Under the pieces are notes generated by a model, which worked only from the letters and a program-made list of their open reading frames with translations, did not search any database and was not told the DNA's origin. DNA of 64,000 nucleotides from Chiloscyllium plagiosum (Eukaryota): NCBI RefSeq assembly GCF_004010195.1, contig NC_057758.1:8290956-8354955 (forward strand), in the 5' to 3' direction. The translations under genes and the position numbers were made by a program. Below, one piece after another: positions 39,560 through 53,072 of this stretch (its first letter is position 1; each line of letters begins with the position of its first letter).

Positions 39560-40490
39560 TGACTCAGCAGTCGACTATCATGAAGAATAACAACATCAGG
39601 TTGGTGTCGAGGAACGTTGCAGAGAACGCGTTCCCTCCTGAATCATTCCCAAATTCTGTTCACTATCTACAAGGCACAAGTAGTCAGGTGTGTATTGGAA
39701 TACTCACCACTTGCTTGGATTTGTTCCAGCCCAACAAAACGGAGACTCCTCTATACTTCTTCACACTACTCCTTAACTGGCACTGCATTCACACAGGTCC
39801 TCTCATGCAACATAAGACAGCAGTGAGTACTATCTACACTGTAATACCAAACAAACCCACGATCAGTAAAATCAAGAAGGACACAGGCAGCAGATACTTC
39901 GAAACGCAAGGATGCGGCATGATGGCTTAATGGTAAGTACTGGTGCCTTATCGTGCAAGGTCGTCGAGTTCCACTTCCGGATTGGGCGACTGTTTGTTTG
40001 AATTTTTCACAGTGTCCCTGCATTTGTGTGTGTCCCGTCTGGGTGCTCCGCTTTCCTCCCACAGTCCAAGTATGTTGTCCTTTGGGTGAATTAGCCATGC
40101 TATATTGACCATGATGTTCACGGATGTGTAGAGTAATTGCATTCGGTTTGGTAAATATCGAGTAGGAAAGCAAGTCCAGTTGGGGCACGCTTCAGAGAGT
40201 CAGTGTGGACTTGTTGGGCCAAATGACCGCTTCACACACTGCAGCAATTATCTGACAGCATATTTTTCACAATTTCCTCACTGAGTCACTCACCAGCTCG
40301 ACTGGAAAATATCATTTTTCCTTTAATGTCGCTGCATCAATTCCTGGAAATTCCTCCCCAAGGACATGGACTATAACATTTCAGAAATGTTCTGACACTG
40401 AGTAACCAGGGGTGGGCAATAAATGTTGGACTGGCCAGCGACGAACGTGTCCCATGTGTGAAGGAAAGAAAAGTGAAGTCTTAAAAAAGA
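39560..40490 (+). mobile_element. old CR1/L2-group LINE 3' end, interrupted by a SINE
   Basis: SQILFTIYKAQV..VLEYSPLAW; 3' UTR gggcaataaatgttgg at ~40415. Confidence 0.7.
39913..40255 (+). mobile_element. tRNA-derived SINE (HE1/V-SINE-like)
   Basis: gcggcatgatggcttaatggtaagtactg head; ctcccacagtccaa core; gacttgttgggccaaatg tail. Confidence 0.85.
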
Positions 40491-40769
40491 TTGTTTGCCC
40501 TTTACTGATCTGGTCTCTCTCTTGTAGGATGTTTGCAATCGAGACCACTGCTTACATCACATCACTGATAAACCAAGGTAGCCTAATAACACATCAATTC
40601 ATTCGGTCAAACATATAAACTGGTTGGAATAGTTTTTCTTTTAATTGCTGACAATAATTAAAGAGTCATGATGAGATGAACATTTCCCTTTAGTCCTTCA
40701 TCGAATTCAAATATCACCTTGATACCATGAATCGCAGACTACTTGTGTGAAGTTACAACAGGTAATAAT

Positions 40770-43700
40770 TAGGGAAATTGCCATTTCTAGCGTTCATTGT
40801 TGAAAAAGAACCATAAAAGGAGGGAAACGTTGCTTCATCTGGAGAAGACATTTGTGAGACTGCACCTGCACTATTGTGCTCAGTTGTGCTCCTCTTCATA
40901 GATCAGGGATGTGATTACATGGGAAGCACTAAAGAGGGGGATTCACTCAATCAGAAATGGCAGGCTTTTCTCGCAAGGAGCTTTAGGGGAGTACAACTGC
41001 ATATACTCTGGACTTTACAAGAATCAGAGGAGGCCCATTTTTGGTTCGGAAAATGCGAAGTCAGACGGACAATGTAAGCTGGGAGGCAATGTTTCAACTT
41101 TTGAGACGATCTGGAAGGATAGGTGGTGTTTTTGGTCGAATGGGAAACAAATCTTTAAAGTCGGTGGTGAGTACTTCGTTTTTAATGGGTTTTGAATTCG
41201 TGGAGTATACTCTTCCAGAGTGCAGTGGGTATTAGGGCACTGACTGAATTTAAGAAAGATATTGACATCCCTTTAATGAGCAATTAGTCAAAGGGAACTG
41301 GCATGAAAGTGGAATTGTGATCGAAATTACGTCAGCTATGATTAAGTTAAATGGTCGACCAGGCATAAGAGGCTGAATGGCCGACACCTGGCCAACTTCA
41401 CAAGATCGTTGTGAGTTTCGAGTCCTTGTCTATTGATCATAGGTTTAGGTTCTGGATGATTTGATTTCTGACATTGGCAACTTATCAGCGCATACCAAGT
41501 TGAGACAACTCTGGAACAGAGCTAACAATAAAAAATAATGTCTGTCGGAATTCCGATTTTGATTTTTAAAAAAAAGTCGGAATGTTTGAAATGGGCAGCG
41601 GATGAGGAGATTGGGCTTCATATAAATGCAGAAGTATTAATGGAAATTTCAACATTGAGGAAGTGACATGCTGTGAAAGAGCGTGGACGAGTGAACACCA
41701 TGCTGATGGGACGGTGGCGTTTGTTTCATAACACTTTGCTCATGCATCTTTCGAACTAGAAAGTGACCAGCTGAGAATGTGAAGAGGTGAGTTTGAGTTT
41801 ACTGCTGAGGAAGCCGGTGACAATTTGCTGATGGGGAATATATGAGATGACTTCACCTCTGTGAAGTCCCAGTCTCTTGCTATCGCACTGATTTCTGGGA
41901 TCGCAGGATTAACGTGTCAAGAGACACTGCCTCGATGAGGACTGCATCGAATGGAGTTTGGAAAAATGGGTGTGTGTGGGCAGATCGGGGCAGATCTCAT
42001 TGAAACCTCATACGAACACTTGGAGTAGGACAAGATATGGTGAGTGCTGGAAGGATGTCCCTGTCACAGGCTAATGATAAATTGTAGAACTGAGATGAGG
42101 AGGGACAGGTTCACCAAGTCAGAGACGAACCTTCAGAATTCCCTGCTATAGAAAGATGATGAGAACAAAACACTGAATATCTCATGAAGCAGTTGGATAG
42201 TGTTATTAACCCGAAAAGATCAAAGGACAAGGGAGAACGTGAAAAAGTGAGACTAAGTTGGATGTTCAGTCATGATGACACGGAATGGTGGATCAAGCTG
42301 GGATGGCCATTTGATAGACTGCTTCTATTCTTCTCCCTTTTTTGATATTTATCATTTAAAACAAAAAAAAAGTGAAGGTGGCACAGTCTGTTTCAAACTC
42401 ATGCTATGATGTAGCGGAGTCAATAGTCAGGCAATAGATCTTGCATGCTGCTCTGAAGCAGACAGCTTTGATCTTCGAAAACCTAGCTGGTCAAGGCGAT
42501 ACGAGTCGAGTTTTACAGACTGATGTACGAATATTGTTACATGACATTGGCACCACCGAATTCAACAAATTCCGCCTGTGCTTCAAAAAACTGGATATAT
42601 ATGCCCAATTTCCGGATATAGAGGGTCAACAAAAGAAAGGGGAAAGCTAACTCGGAGATTGGGATCGTAATGACAAACGATCATAATAAGTGGAAAGTAC
42701 GAAAAGATACCAAGAGAGACTCCTGAAATGCATTGTAACATTCCAGTGCATTGTAACATTCCAGTGCATTGTAACATTCCAGTGCATTGTAACATTCCGA
42801 TGCATTGTTTCCAGATTCTTATCCATTGCAGGTATATTCTAATCCTTTGTTTTCAGATTCTGAACCATTCTCATAATGGTCCAATCGATTTTCCTCAGCT
42901 TCTCATCACTTATTGTGAAGTTCCAGTCTCTTGCTTTAAGATCTGATCACATTCTCTTTCTCTCTCAAACTCGCTGTCCTTCTCGTTCTCTCTAGAATCA
43001 CCGCTGACTCGAGCTGCAGAGACGATGCTCCTACGACAATATGGAGGACTTCAGTAAAAAGAATGACATTTTCTAAAATCAGAGAGTCAGCCTCCAGAGA
43101 CACTGTTCAGTGCCGCAGAGACTGATGATACTTGGAATGTTTGAAATAATAGATTTGCTTTAACCCCTTCGCTTCATCATAATTTGGACCATAGAAAGGA
43201 ACATTTACTCATTCTGGACAGGATACGGACTAGTGATGTTCAATGAAGGGATGCTGACTGAACATTATCGGTCAATACTGCCTGTATGTTAGAGAGTAGT
43301 GGCGAAGCCGTTGTGGACTCCAAGTGGCACACAGTGCTTTCCAAAGTAGGCATATGCAAGAACTAGAATTCTTCCCGTGTCAGTATGAATGTTGCTGTGA
43401 GGAATTAGATAGGAAAATAGTTGTTCATTACCAGGAATCCGTGGTAGAACACTTAGATCAAAATGAGGAAAAGCTTGTTCATTAAGAGCGGCAAGCGTGT
43501 GAAATTCCATGCCACAGAAGGCAGTTGGGGTCGAAACATTGAACGTTATGAAGAAAGAGTTGTCGAAAGACCTTAGGATTAAACTGAGCAAAACCAGGGG
43601 GATAAAGTGAAAAAAGAAGTATGAGCGAGATGATCAGCGTTATTATGGGAGAAAAAAATAAAAGTGCCGAATGTTCTCCTAGTGCTCTAATTTTCTATTT

Positions 43701-44200
43701 TCATATACAATTGGTCATCTGACACAAGGCAGAGCTGTGTCAGTTGAGTGCAATTTCAGCATCGCAGACTGCAACCTACAGTAGGGACGCAAAGACGAGT
43801 TCTGGAGCCATAATTATTTCATACATATATTTTATATGCAGTAACTCGTAGAAAAGCCAACAGAAAGGCAGGTAGCGAGGATGACAAAAATTGTCTGCAG
43901 AGGGATAGAGATAAATTCGCTGTGTGGGAAAAACAACTTGCTGATGAAATGTAATGTGGGATAATGTGAGGTAATGCACATTGGCTGGAAGCATCGAGGA
44001 AATGCCTAGTATTTAGAAGAAGGAAGACTGCAGAAAGCTACAAAATGAAATTATTCGACCGTCCATCTGCATGAATTACAAAAAGAAAGTCCAGTATCCA
44101 AGATTATGTGGAGAATAGGGAACACAAATAATTTGTTGGTCTTTATTTCAAAAGAAATAGATTGCAAAGGTAGGGAGGTCCTCCCGTTCACGCTTTTCGC
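40770..44200 (+). mobile_element. mosaic of old CR1 3'-end fragments
   Basis: Several decayed RT/3' UTR pieces at about 40770-41410, 41900-42330, 43250-43700 and 43870-44200. Confidence 0.6.
42729..42808. repeat. 18-bp minisatellite (~4.5 copies)
   Basis: (tgcattgtaacattccag)n. Confidence 0.95.
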
Positions 44201-44599
44201 ATTTGTTAGCCCAATGCTTTTTCACGTTGAGTTTGGAGTCTATGGTCGCCATAGCTGTCCGATGATTAACTACAAAAACTTGTCATTCTTCATATAACAT
44301 GCACAGGTGTTCATGCACCGCGCATTGTAGCTTTATGGTGATCAGCAAAAGATGGTGAAAGCATGGCTCCGGATGTTTCTCCCTCCACTTTTCATATTGT
44401 TTGCTCTGGTATTGAAAACCTCTGTGTCTCAGTTAAGTAACTCATGCCTACATCCCATTTGTGAATTTTCAAAAATCCAGAGCAAACTTTGGATGATAAT
44501 GAAGGAGAACTCGATGGACGTTGAGGAATAATCGGCAAACCAACACTAATTATTATTTTTACAATTATTATTATGATTTGTTTGTTGTTCTACAGTTAC

Positions 44600-46290
44600 A
44601 TATTCATAGAAACTGACATCATGGAGTAGGCCATTTAGCCCAAACTAGTGCATGCTGAGAAAATTTTCCGTCCATGCTAAACCCATTTCTTTGGTTTGGG
44701 CCAAATTCCTTCTAAACCTTTCCTATTCATGTATTTAGCCAAATGCCTTTAAATGTTGTTTACATACCTGCTTCAACTACTGCCAATGGCGGCTGATTCT
44801 ATCTGTATACCACCTCCTGCGTGAAGAAAAGTCTCCCTGTCAAGTTCATTTTTATTCTTTCCCATCTAATCTTAAATGATGCCCTGTAGAACTCGATTCC
44901 ATACCCATGGGAAGAAAGATTGAGTGTACTGATCCTAAACATGCCACTCATGATATTAAACCCCTCCGTCACCTGAATTCTAAGGAAAAGAGTCCCAGCT
45001 TGTCCAAACTCTCACTGTAACTCAGACTACTGACTCTTGGTAAATTTCTTCTACACTGTTTCCAATTTAATGGCATTATTCTTGTTGCAAACTGAACAAG
45101 TCTGAATACAATGCTGTACTCCAATTGCGGCAACGAATGACCTGTACAGCTGCAACATAACTTCCAAACTTCTTTAAGTTTTGCCAAATTGTGAAAACAC
45201 TTCTTCACTGATCTGTCTACGTTTGACTCCACTTTCAGAGAATCTGAACTCCAAGGTCCCTCTATTACACTGCACTCCTTCAGGCCGTACTATTCAGCAT
45301 GAGCCTGATGCCGTGATTTAACTTTCCAAAACGCAAGATCTTACACTTACCTATTCAAAACTCCATTTGACATTTCCCTGTCCACTTCCCCAGCTGATCA
45401 AGGTCCGACTGCAATTTCTGAGAAGCTTCCTCACTGTCCACGACACTGCCTATTTCACTGTCATTTACAAACTATTTTCCCATGCCTTAAGCATTTTCAT
45501 GCAAATCATTGATGTACTTAACAAACAGAATAAACCGACGTCTGACCCTTGTGGAAACCCACTAATCACAATCATGAAGTCTGGCAGGCTTAATTATTAG
45601 CTCTGTTTCCTACTGTCAAGACAACTTTGTATCTAATTTTTCAGCTACGAGAATTCCATTCGACTTCGCATTTCAGAGCAATCAACCAAATGGAACGTCA
45701 TCAAAAAGGCCTTGTTAATATCCATGTAGTCTCACTATACCGCCCTGACCTTGTCAACATTCTTGTCACTTCATCAAAGAACTCTAAGGATTCGTGAGAC
45801 ACTATATCCCACGCACAAAGCTGCACTGACTACTCCTCATCAAAGTGTGTCTTTGCAAACCCATGTATATTTCTCTCTGAGAACCTGATTAAGAATCATA
45901 CCCACCACGCAAGTTAGGCATACTGGATTATAGTTCCCTGGTTTTGCTCAGCCGCCCTTCCTGAATCAGAGCACACAGCTTACTAACCTCCAGTCTACCT
46001 GGCATTCATTAATGGCTCACGATGGTGCACAAGTATAAGTCGGGGACCCGGCATTTTCTTCTCTCGTTGATTGCAGTGTTCTTGGATATACCTGGTCACG
46101 ACCAGGTATTTAGCTTCCTTCATAGATTACAATACTGCCAACGCAAATTATTCTATGGATTATAGACTGTCTCAAAGATATCACCACAAACTTCCCCAAA
46201 TTCCAAGTCTTCATTTCGTTCTCCACGTAAACACAGAGAAATATTAGTTGAGGTCCTCCTCCATCTGCTGCGATTCAACACATACAAGTC
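44600..46290 (-). mobile_element. decayed CR1 LINE
   Basis: SSLSYSESLDKLGLFSLEFR; typical 3' UTR at ~44610-44900. Confidence 0.8.
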
Positions 46291-46299
46291 AACTTTGAA

Positions 46300-47330
46300 C
46301 AAAGAACATGAACAAAGAACCAAGAAAACAATAGGACAGGAACAAGCCTGTGCCAATCCAGATCATCTACCGAAACCTGTCACCTATTTTCTCAGATTCT
46401 GAATCCATTTGCCCGCTGCCCATTCATGTGTAACTGACTCTATTGTACAAACCACAACCACCTCTGCTGGCAACGTGCTCGAGATACCCATGACCCTATG
46501 CATAAGGAATTTACCACGTACATTTCCTCTGAGTTTAATCCTCTCAATTCGAACTCGTGACCCCAAATAATTGAGTCGTCCACTCTGGGAAAGAAAAAAA
46601 AAAGTTTCTTTGATCCACCATGACTGTACATCTCGTGATTTTGTAGACATCAATCACGTACCAGCCCAAACCTCCGTCTTTCCAAGAAAAATAATCTTAA
46701 TCTAATCAATGTCTGTGCATAGCCAGATTCCTCCATCCCCGAAACATTTCAGTGAACCGTCTCTGCACCCTTTCTAAAACATCTACATTATTTTGATAAT
46801 GTGGTGACCAGAACTGAACACAGTATTCCAAATATGGACGAATCAAAGTCTCATGCAACTGTATTATGAACTGCCAACTCTTATAATCATTACCCCGTCC
46901 GATGAAGGAAACATGTCGGATGCCTTCTTGGTCAATCTGTTGTCCTGTGACGCCACCTTCAGTGAATAATGGGCCTGAACACCCAGATGTCACTGTACAT
47001 CAATTTCCGCAAGGAATTTTCCATGTATTGCATATTTCGTTCCTGAATTGGATCTTCAAAAATGCATCATTTTGCACATGCCCGGTTTAAAATACCTCTG
47101 CCACTTCTCTGCCCAACTTTCTCATCCGCCGATACGCTGCTGCATTCTCTGACAGGCCACTTGACTGACTGCTCGACAAACAATCTTCGTCTTAACTGCA
47201 AGCTTGCTAATCAGATGACCTGTACATTTTTCCAAATCATTCATGCATATCACAAACTATGTTCCCAGAACGGATACCTGTGAAACACCACTGGTCACAG
47301 GTCACCATGTTGCAGAACTCGCTTCCACCA
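46300..47330 (-). mobile_element. CR1 LINE 3' end
   Basis: LIRPYLEYCVQFWSPHYQNNVDVLERVQRRFT; (gaacaaa)n tail at ~46300. Confidence 0.88.
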
Positions 47331-47339
47331 ATTCCTGCA

Positions 47340-47720
47340 CAAAGTAATGTAAATACTTTGTGTGACACTCTAAACCATATATCCATGTAGAATTCACCAT
47401 TAACCTTGACTAGGACAGGTTAAAATTGACTGAGATGACGTACAGAGAAACGATGTTTATTTTTCTTAGCATTCCCGTGTCTTTCTGATTCTCCCCATTG
47501 CTATGAGGCCGGATTCTCCACTATGCTCCACTGATAATTAATAAGTGTCGGTGACGGTGAAACCATTAAGCAGTATCTTCAGGAGAAATGGAAGAATCCG
47601 AATTAAAATCTATTGAAGGAACGAGATTTTGACCGAGACCCGAGAGCATTTCACAGCAGTTTCTTTCTCACAAAATCAGAAGAAGTTCGCCACTTGTACA
47701 TTCGAATTTTGGTTACTGAA
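47340..47720 (-). pseudogene. GPR139-like fragment (TM5-ICL3-TM6)
   Basis: ILPFLLKILLNGFTV..RIRPHSNGENQKDTGM..IVSLYVISVNFNLS. Confidence 0.75.
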
Positions 47721-47899
47721 ACTGAATGAACACTGTTTCGAAAACAAACACGTTCAGGTTTTTACTCTAATCTTCTGTCTTATGCCACTCTCTAATCAAT
47801 CATGATCATTTGCAATGCTTCTCGATTTTTTCTCCCATTCATTTACCCATTCACGACTGAAGCATTTTTCAGGAAATCTGGTTAATCTGTGCGTGGGCT

Positions 47900-48546
47900 G
47901 GCTTCATCTGCGAGCATAATGCGCATAATTCTCCGTTTCAGAAAGCACAGTCAGAATGAAACAGTTTCTCAAAAGTAACAACATCTGGATTACCATATGA
48001 TCCACGGGGGAACTGGCACGTTCGGTTTAAAATTGAGACTACGTAGAAAGGTAACAGCATCTCGACATGCATGTGGACAAATATTGATTTTTCCACCGAT
48101 AAAGTTTACTTTGAATAATCACAGTATTCCGGTTCTCTTTCTTCCGAACGATTTGTATAAATGATCCCAATGCAGGTAAGATAATTTAGAATCGAATAAA
48201 CCGAATAACGTGTCATTTCTTCAGAATATTGTGACGGTAGGAATTTGTATTGACGTTCTGTCCACATTGTCATCTTGGTTGGTGTAATTGATAACTTAAT
48301 GTACTTCTGCAGTGTATGGCTAAGAACTGCTTTCATTGCCCGAATGGGAAAAAGAAGCGTCCAATATGCTTTGAAAGAGTGTAAAACCAACACAAAGAAT
48401 AATGATCTCAACTGGAACACAGTAAACAAAAGAATGCGACAAAATTTCAACACTTTTGACAGCATAAAAGTTTCAAGTTCACTGAACTTTTGTAAGCACA
48501 ATTCTCTTTGGGAAATTTGAACACAATGAGACAAATGGGTAAACAT
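47900..48546 (-). pseudogene. possible highly decayed GPR139-like fragment
   Basis: ORF 48106-48546 segment KFLPSQYSEEMTRYSVYSILNYLTCIGII weakly parallels QKLRNKYCVVKTATIVLGTVTVVSILKYI of the 37-kb copy. Confidence 0.3.
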
Positions 48547-50029
48547 CTGGGAAAATAATACTTGTTAAAGAAAACATCAACTGTGCTTCACTGGTGTCTT
48601 TTAGGGAAGATAAATACCGTGCTCACGTTATCTCCAGAACCACGGCAATTTGATTGATGCTTCAATGCCTTTTGGTGCAATTTGAACAACAAGTGCTCGT
48701 CCAGCCATTGGCACATACATTCTATGAAATGATTATATAAAATGCGGGTGAATGAGCTTGTACAAATTGGTCATCGGAGAACATTTGAAGACTTCAATTC
48801 CTGCAAAAGAATCAATGACTCTGTGAATCTGTCCAAGCCTACATTCGTTTTCTTATGCTTGAAAGTGTAGTTTAATTCCATGTATGAAACACTTTGTGTC
48901 AAAGTAGTTCACAATCCAGCACAATTTATACATTCACGTTTTCTCTAAACTTGCTTCTCTCCACATTTCTTCAAGAATTCCCACTCATTTATTCGCACAT
49001 GTTGTAAGCGTGAAGGTAAGAGGATAAGGTATTACCTTTCACAATTCCAAAGAAAATGACAAATTTTAAGAGACCGGTTAGACTTGCATTCAATTTTACC
49101 TCGCTCATCGCAGACTAGGCCAGTGAAAGAAAAGAAAAGACAAACACAAACTGTGAATTCATCTCAAATGCTCAGGTGAATTTGGTTTTATCATGGTTTC
49201 CCCCGTGAGCATTGTTGTTATGACTTGATAGAGTTAGAAAGCACCTCAGACGATGACAACTATGTCTTTGACATTCGCTTCTCAGACAGTAGAAATGTTC
49301 AAATAGATATGCCTTGAAGAAAGGTAATTGGTCTCAACATTATTTGTTCACTTTTCCGCAGAATCTGCAAGAACTATTCAGCTCCTGTAGCACGTCCTGT
49401 TTGCATTAGCAAATCATCTATATCAATTTGATTTTTTCAGAATTTCTGCTGTTGTTTCATTTGGATTACAGTAAACTTACGGGAAACATACCTCTTAGTA
49501 ACGCTTTGTGAGCGTCAATTACAGAATTGATCGCCATTGTTTTCACAACAGGTGCAGAGAAAATGTAATCAAGTTAGTCAATTTCTGAAGAAGATTCACA
49601 GTACCTGGATATGATTACCCGTTTCTTCTCTTCGCAGATGCTGCCAGACATGCTGAGTTTTTCTATAATTTTATGTTGACTAATATAATTCGAGACGTTG
49701 TTGTACTATTCGCGATTGATAAAGACAATAACTGTAATGAGTGCGACATTCCAGTTGAAAGAAATGCCTAAGAATAAAGAAGTTATGCTTCATCGATAGA
49801 ATGAGTGTCGTCTTATACCTCCGAATGAGGTAAATCGTGTGAAATGAGTTATGTCAGTTTCTCATTGATGAACTCTCTCCCATAACGTGCCATTACATTA
49901 GTGTCCAAGAAAATTAACAAAGCATGTTTACAGATCGTACTGTTGATTAGAACTGAACAAAATTTGAATGATGGCTTCAAATACATTTCTTCCATTTCGG
50001 TGGCTGCACTGGAATCCTTTGTTTTTCAT

Positions 50030-50660
50030 ATAGAACATAGAACGGAAAACATAGAAGAATACAGCGCAGTACAGGCCCTTCGGCCCTCGATGTTGCGCCG
50101 ATCCAAGCCAAAGGTTCTCATGGTCAACCCTACCTAAACCCGTAATCATCTTGTACACCTCTATCAAGTCACCCCTAAACGTTCTTTTCTCCAATGAAAA
50201 CAACCCCAGGTGCCTCAGCCTTTCCTCATACGATCTTTCTACCATACCAGGCAACATCCTGTAAACCTCCTCTGCACCCGTTCCAGTGCCTCCACATCCT
50301 TCCTATAGTATGGTGACCAAAACTGCACACAATACTCCAGATGCGGCTGCACCAGAGTCTTATACAACTGCAACATGACCTCAGTACTCCGGAACTCAAT
50401 TCCTCTACCAATAAAAGCCAGTACGCCATATGCCTTCTTCACTGCACTATTTTTCTGGGTGGCAACTTTCAAAGATCTGTGTACATGGACACAGTGATCC
50501 CTCTGCTCATCCACACTACCAAGTATCCGACCATTAGCCCAGTACCCCATCTTTTTGTTACTCTTACCAAAGTGAATCACCTCACACTTCGCTACATTGA
50601 ACTCCATTTGCCACCTTTCTGCAGCTTATCTATATCCCGCTGTAACCTGCCACATCCATG
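50030..50660 (-). mobile_element. relatively young CR1 3' end
   Basis: MEFNVAKCEVIHFGKSN...LEYCVQFWSPYYRKDVEALERVQRRFT; (catagaa)n tail. Confidence 0.95.
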
Positions 50661-51990
50661 AATGCTCAAATCCATATATCCGTTACTGTCGATTTCTGAA
50701 TTCAGGAAATGCTGTTTTTACTGCAGTAGGTTGTTCTTTCTCAACAAAGAAATGGGAAAACGTCAAAGATTACCCATGTTAAAGGTGCTATGGGGAATCT
50801 AAGATATACAAACATTGAAATGAATGATGTCTCTCATTTTAAGAGAGACAAGGAAGTTTTCTGATGGAGAAAGATGAGAAATGAAAACTTTATTGGTCAC
50901 ATCTAATGGCTGCATTGAATTCATTTCGACCTTATCGCCAAATTGTCATCCACGGTGATTTTTTCCATATTCTTCAGTTCTGCTCTGAACTTGATCTTTG
51001 TCACTGCATAAGTACAAGGATTTCGAAGACAATTCAAAAGCTGCCAGGTATGAAAAACTTCAATAGCGATCATTTTAGCGTTTGTCTACTTGCCTTTGTA
51101 ATAAACGGTGTTCGTTAGTTTAGGAACAGCTAAAGTCAAGGCAATTGTCAACCAGACCAAGGGAAAACTTACTGACATATACACTAACAAAAGGATGGAC
51201 TTTCTGCGGGTCTCCATTTTTGAATCACTTTGATCCTTGAAGGTCTGCTGTCTATTTGTCACGACAATAAGTTGGACAGTTAATGAAGTGTAACAAGATA
51301 ATCAGAGTAAAGGTAAGGCAGATCACTCAGGCGGTGCAAAACCAGACACACTTTACACAGGCAGCAGTCAAGAACAAAGTTTTTCTTACCTGCCTGCCCC
51401 ACTATACTTTGCTAATTATTATCTCAGGTTCATAAGCAAAGAAAAGCTGGCATTTTCTTCGATACGATCACACCCGTGATGACTATTCCGAACAGGATTG
51501 CAATTCTTTTGATGCAGTACTCCTTTTGATAGTTCTGACGGCAGATCACGACACATCGGTCAAATGTGTTACAGTACTGTTTCTGTAACAAGGTTACTAA
51601 GCCCTTGATGTATTGTTTCCTGGAAATGGGGTAATTGGCCAGGGAGCATTATATCTGTAGTTTGAGGTGTTCAGTGGGGCCTTTCTCTTTACTCTGACAG
51701 ATAACACATCCAGCTTAAAACATTCATGTCTTAGAATAAAACAATCAAATAGGAATGGACAGCTCGCTGAATAGATAATCTTCGTTTAGGTTAGGTTTGT
51801 TTTCAGATCAGAACTTGAATCAGATCAGTCACAGCAGGGCATATGTGAATGGCTGCTGGAATGCTCTCTCCCCATGCAAACTGTAAACGTTTTTTTTTAT
51901 TTTACTGTTTGAGCTGGGGGATGTGTGTTTTCAGACTGTTGCAAGTATTTTTCAGAACAGCATCATTAAGTCTGAATTGAATTGGATCCG

Positions 51991-52153
51991 AGATTGCAGT
52001 GCTGGAAAAGCACAATAGGTCAGGGAGCATCCAAGGAGCAGGAAGATGGGCGTTTCGGTAAAAAGCCCTTCATCACATTCCTGCTGTGTTTTTTTTTCCA
52101 GCAACACACTCCCGACTCTATTCACCAGCGTCTGCAGTCCTCACTTTCGCCCT
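51991..52153. mobile_element. miniature inverted Penelope pLTR insertion in the 5' LTR
   Basis: Inverted arms, internally deleted; imperfect 15-bp TSD attgaattggatccg (51976-51990) / attggattggatacg (52154-52168). Confidence 0.8.
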
Positions 52154-52869
52154 ATTGGATTGGATACGTTATCCAGTATTCTGTTTTCTTTTCATTGTGT
52201 TTCATTCCATAATTTTGTAAATATATCTTATTTGTTTAAAACTTTGACGTCTACCTAGCTATTTCACTCCAGGTATATCCACGAGACACTGAGCACAATA
52301 AATAGCAAATTTGCATTCTGGGTTACATGGTTGAAAATGTTTTTAGGGGTCTGGTCTCGTCCAAAGCAGGTTGGGAGTTGCTGCTGAATTTCAGCAACGA
52401 GTGGTAGGCCTTCGTGTCTTATGGTTCAGTTGTTAATTGGATTGGTGTAAATATAGCTCGGCAAGCAATGGCTCATTCAGTCACCAAGGAGTTTCTTGGA
52501 GTTTTACAAAAGGCAGATATGACCCAGTTGAGGACAAGCTGAGATTGAACTTACTTCCTAACTTGGGGAAAGATGAGATGATTTCAGCAATGGCTGAGCG
52601 TTTGGACTTTCTGGAAACGCCATCATGTTCTGTGGAGATTGCAACAGTTCAATTGCCAATAAATCAGCTTGGGTTAGAGGCGAGAGAGCCGCGAAGGGCA
52701 CCAGAAATGAAACAGTTTCAGTTACGATTAAAGTCAGAAGAGATCGAGAAAAAAGAAGGAATGGCTTTAGCAGAAGAGAAAGAAAGAGAAAACAGGGCTC
52801 TCGCATGAGAGGAAGTAAAAGAGAGAGAGTTTGAACTACATAAATTGAGACTTATAAGGGAAAGTCAAC

Positions 52870-53072
52870 ATTAGTGTGGTACTTCAAAAGAACAGCAGCT
52901 CAGACAGCATCCGAAGAGCAGGGAAATTGAGTTTTCGGGCAGGAACCCTTCATCACGCTGCCATAAACGTCGATTTTTCTGCTCCTCAGATGCTGCCTGA
53001 CATGCTGTGCTTTTCCAGCACCACTCTAACCTAGACTCTGATCTCCAAACTCGGCATTCCTCACATTCGCCT
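52870..53072. mobile_element. miniature inverted Penelope pLTR insertion in gag
   Basis: cagacagcatccgaagagcagg..ttcgggcaggaacccttcatcac / aaacgtcgatttttctgctcctcagatgctgcctg plus tail; paralogue at ~63014-63214. Confidence 0.85.

Noticed and set aside
42729..42808. CRISPR-like array or repeat protein (HCNIPV)n
   Set aside because: Simple spacer-less 18-bp minisatellite in eukaryotic DNA
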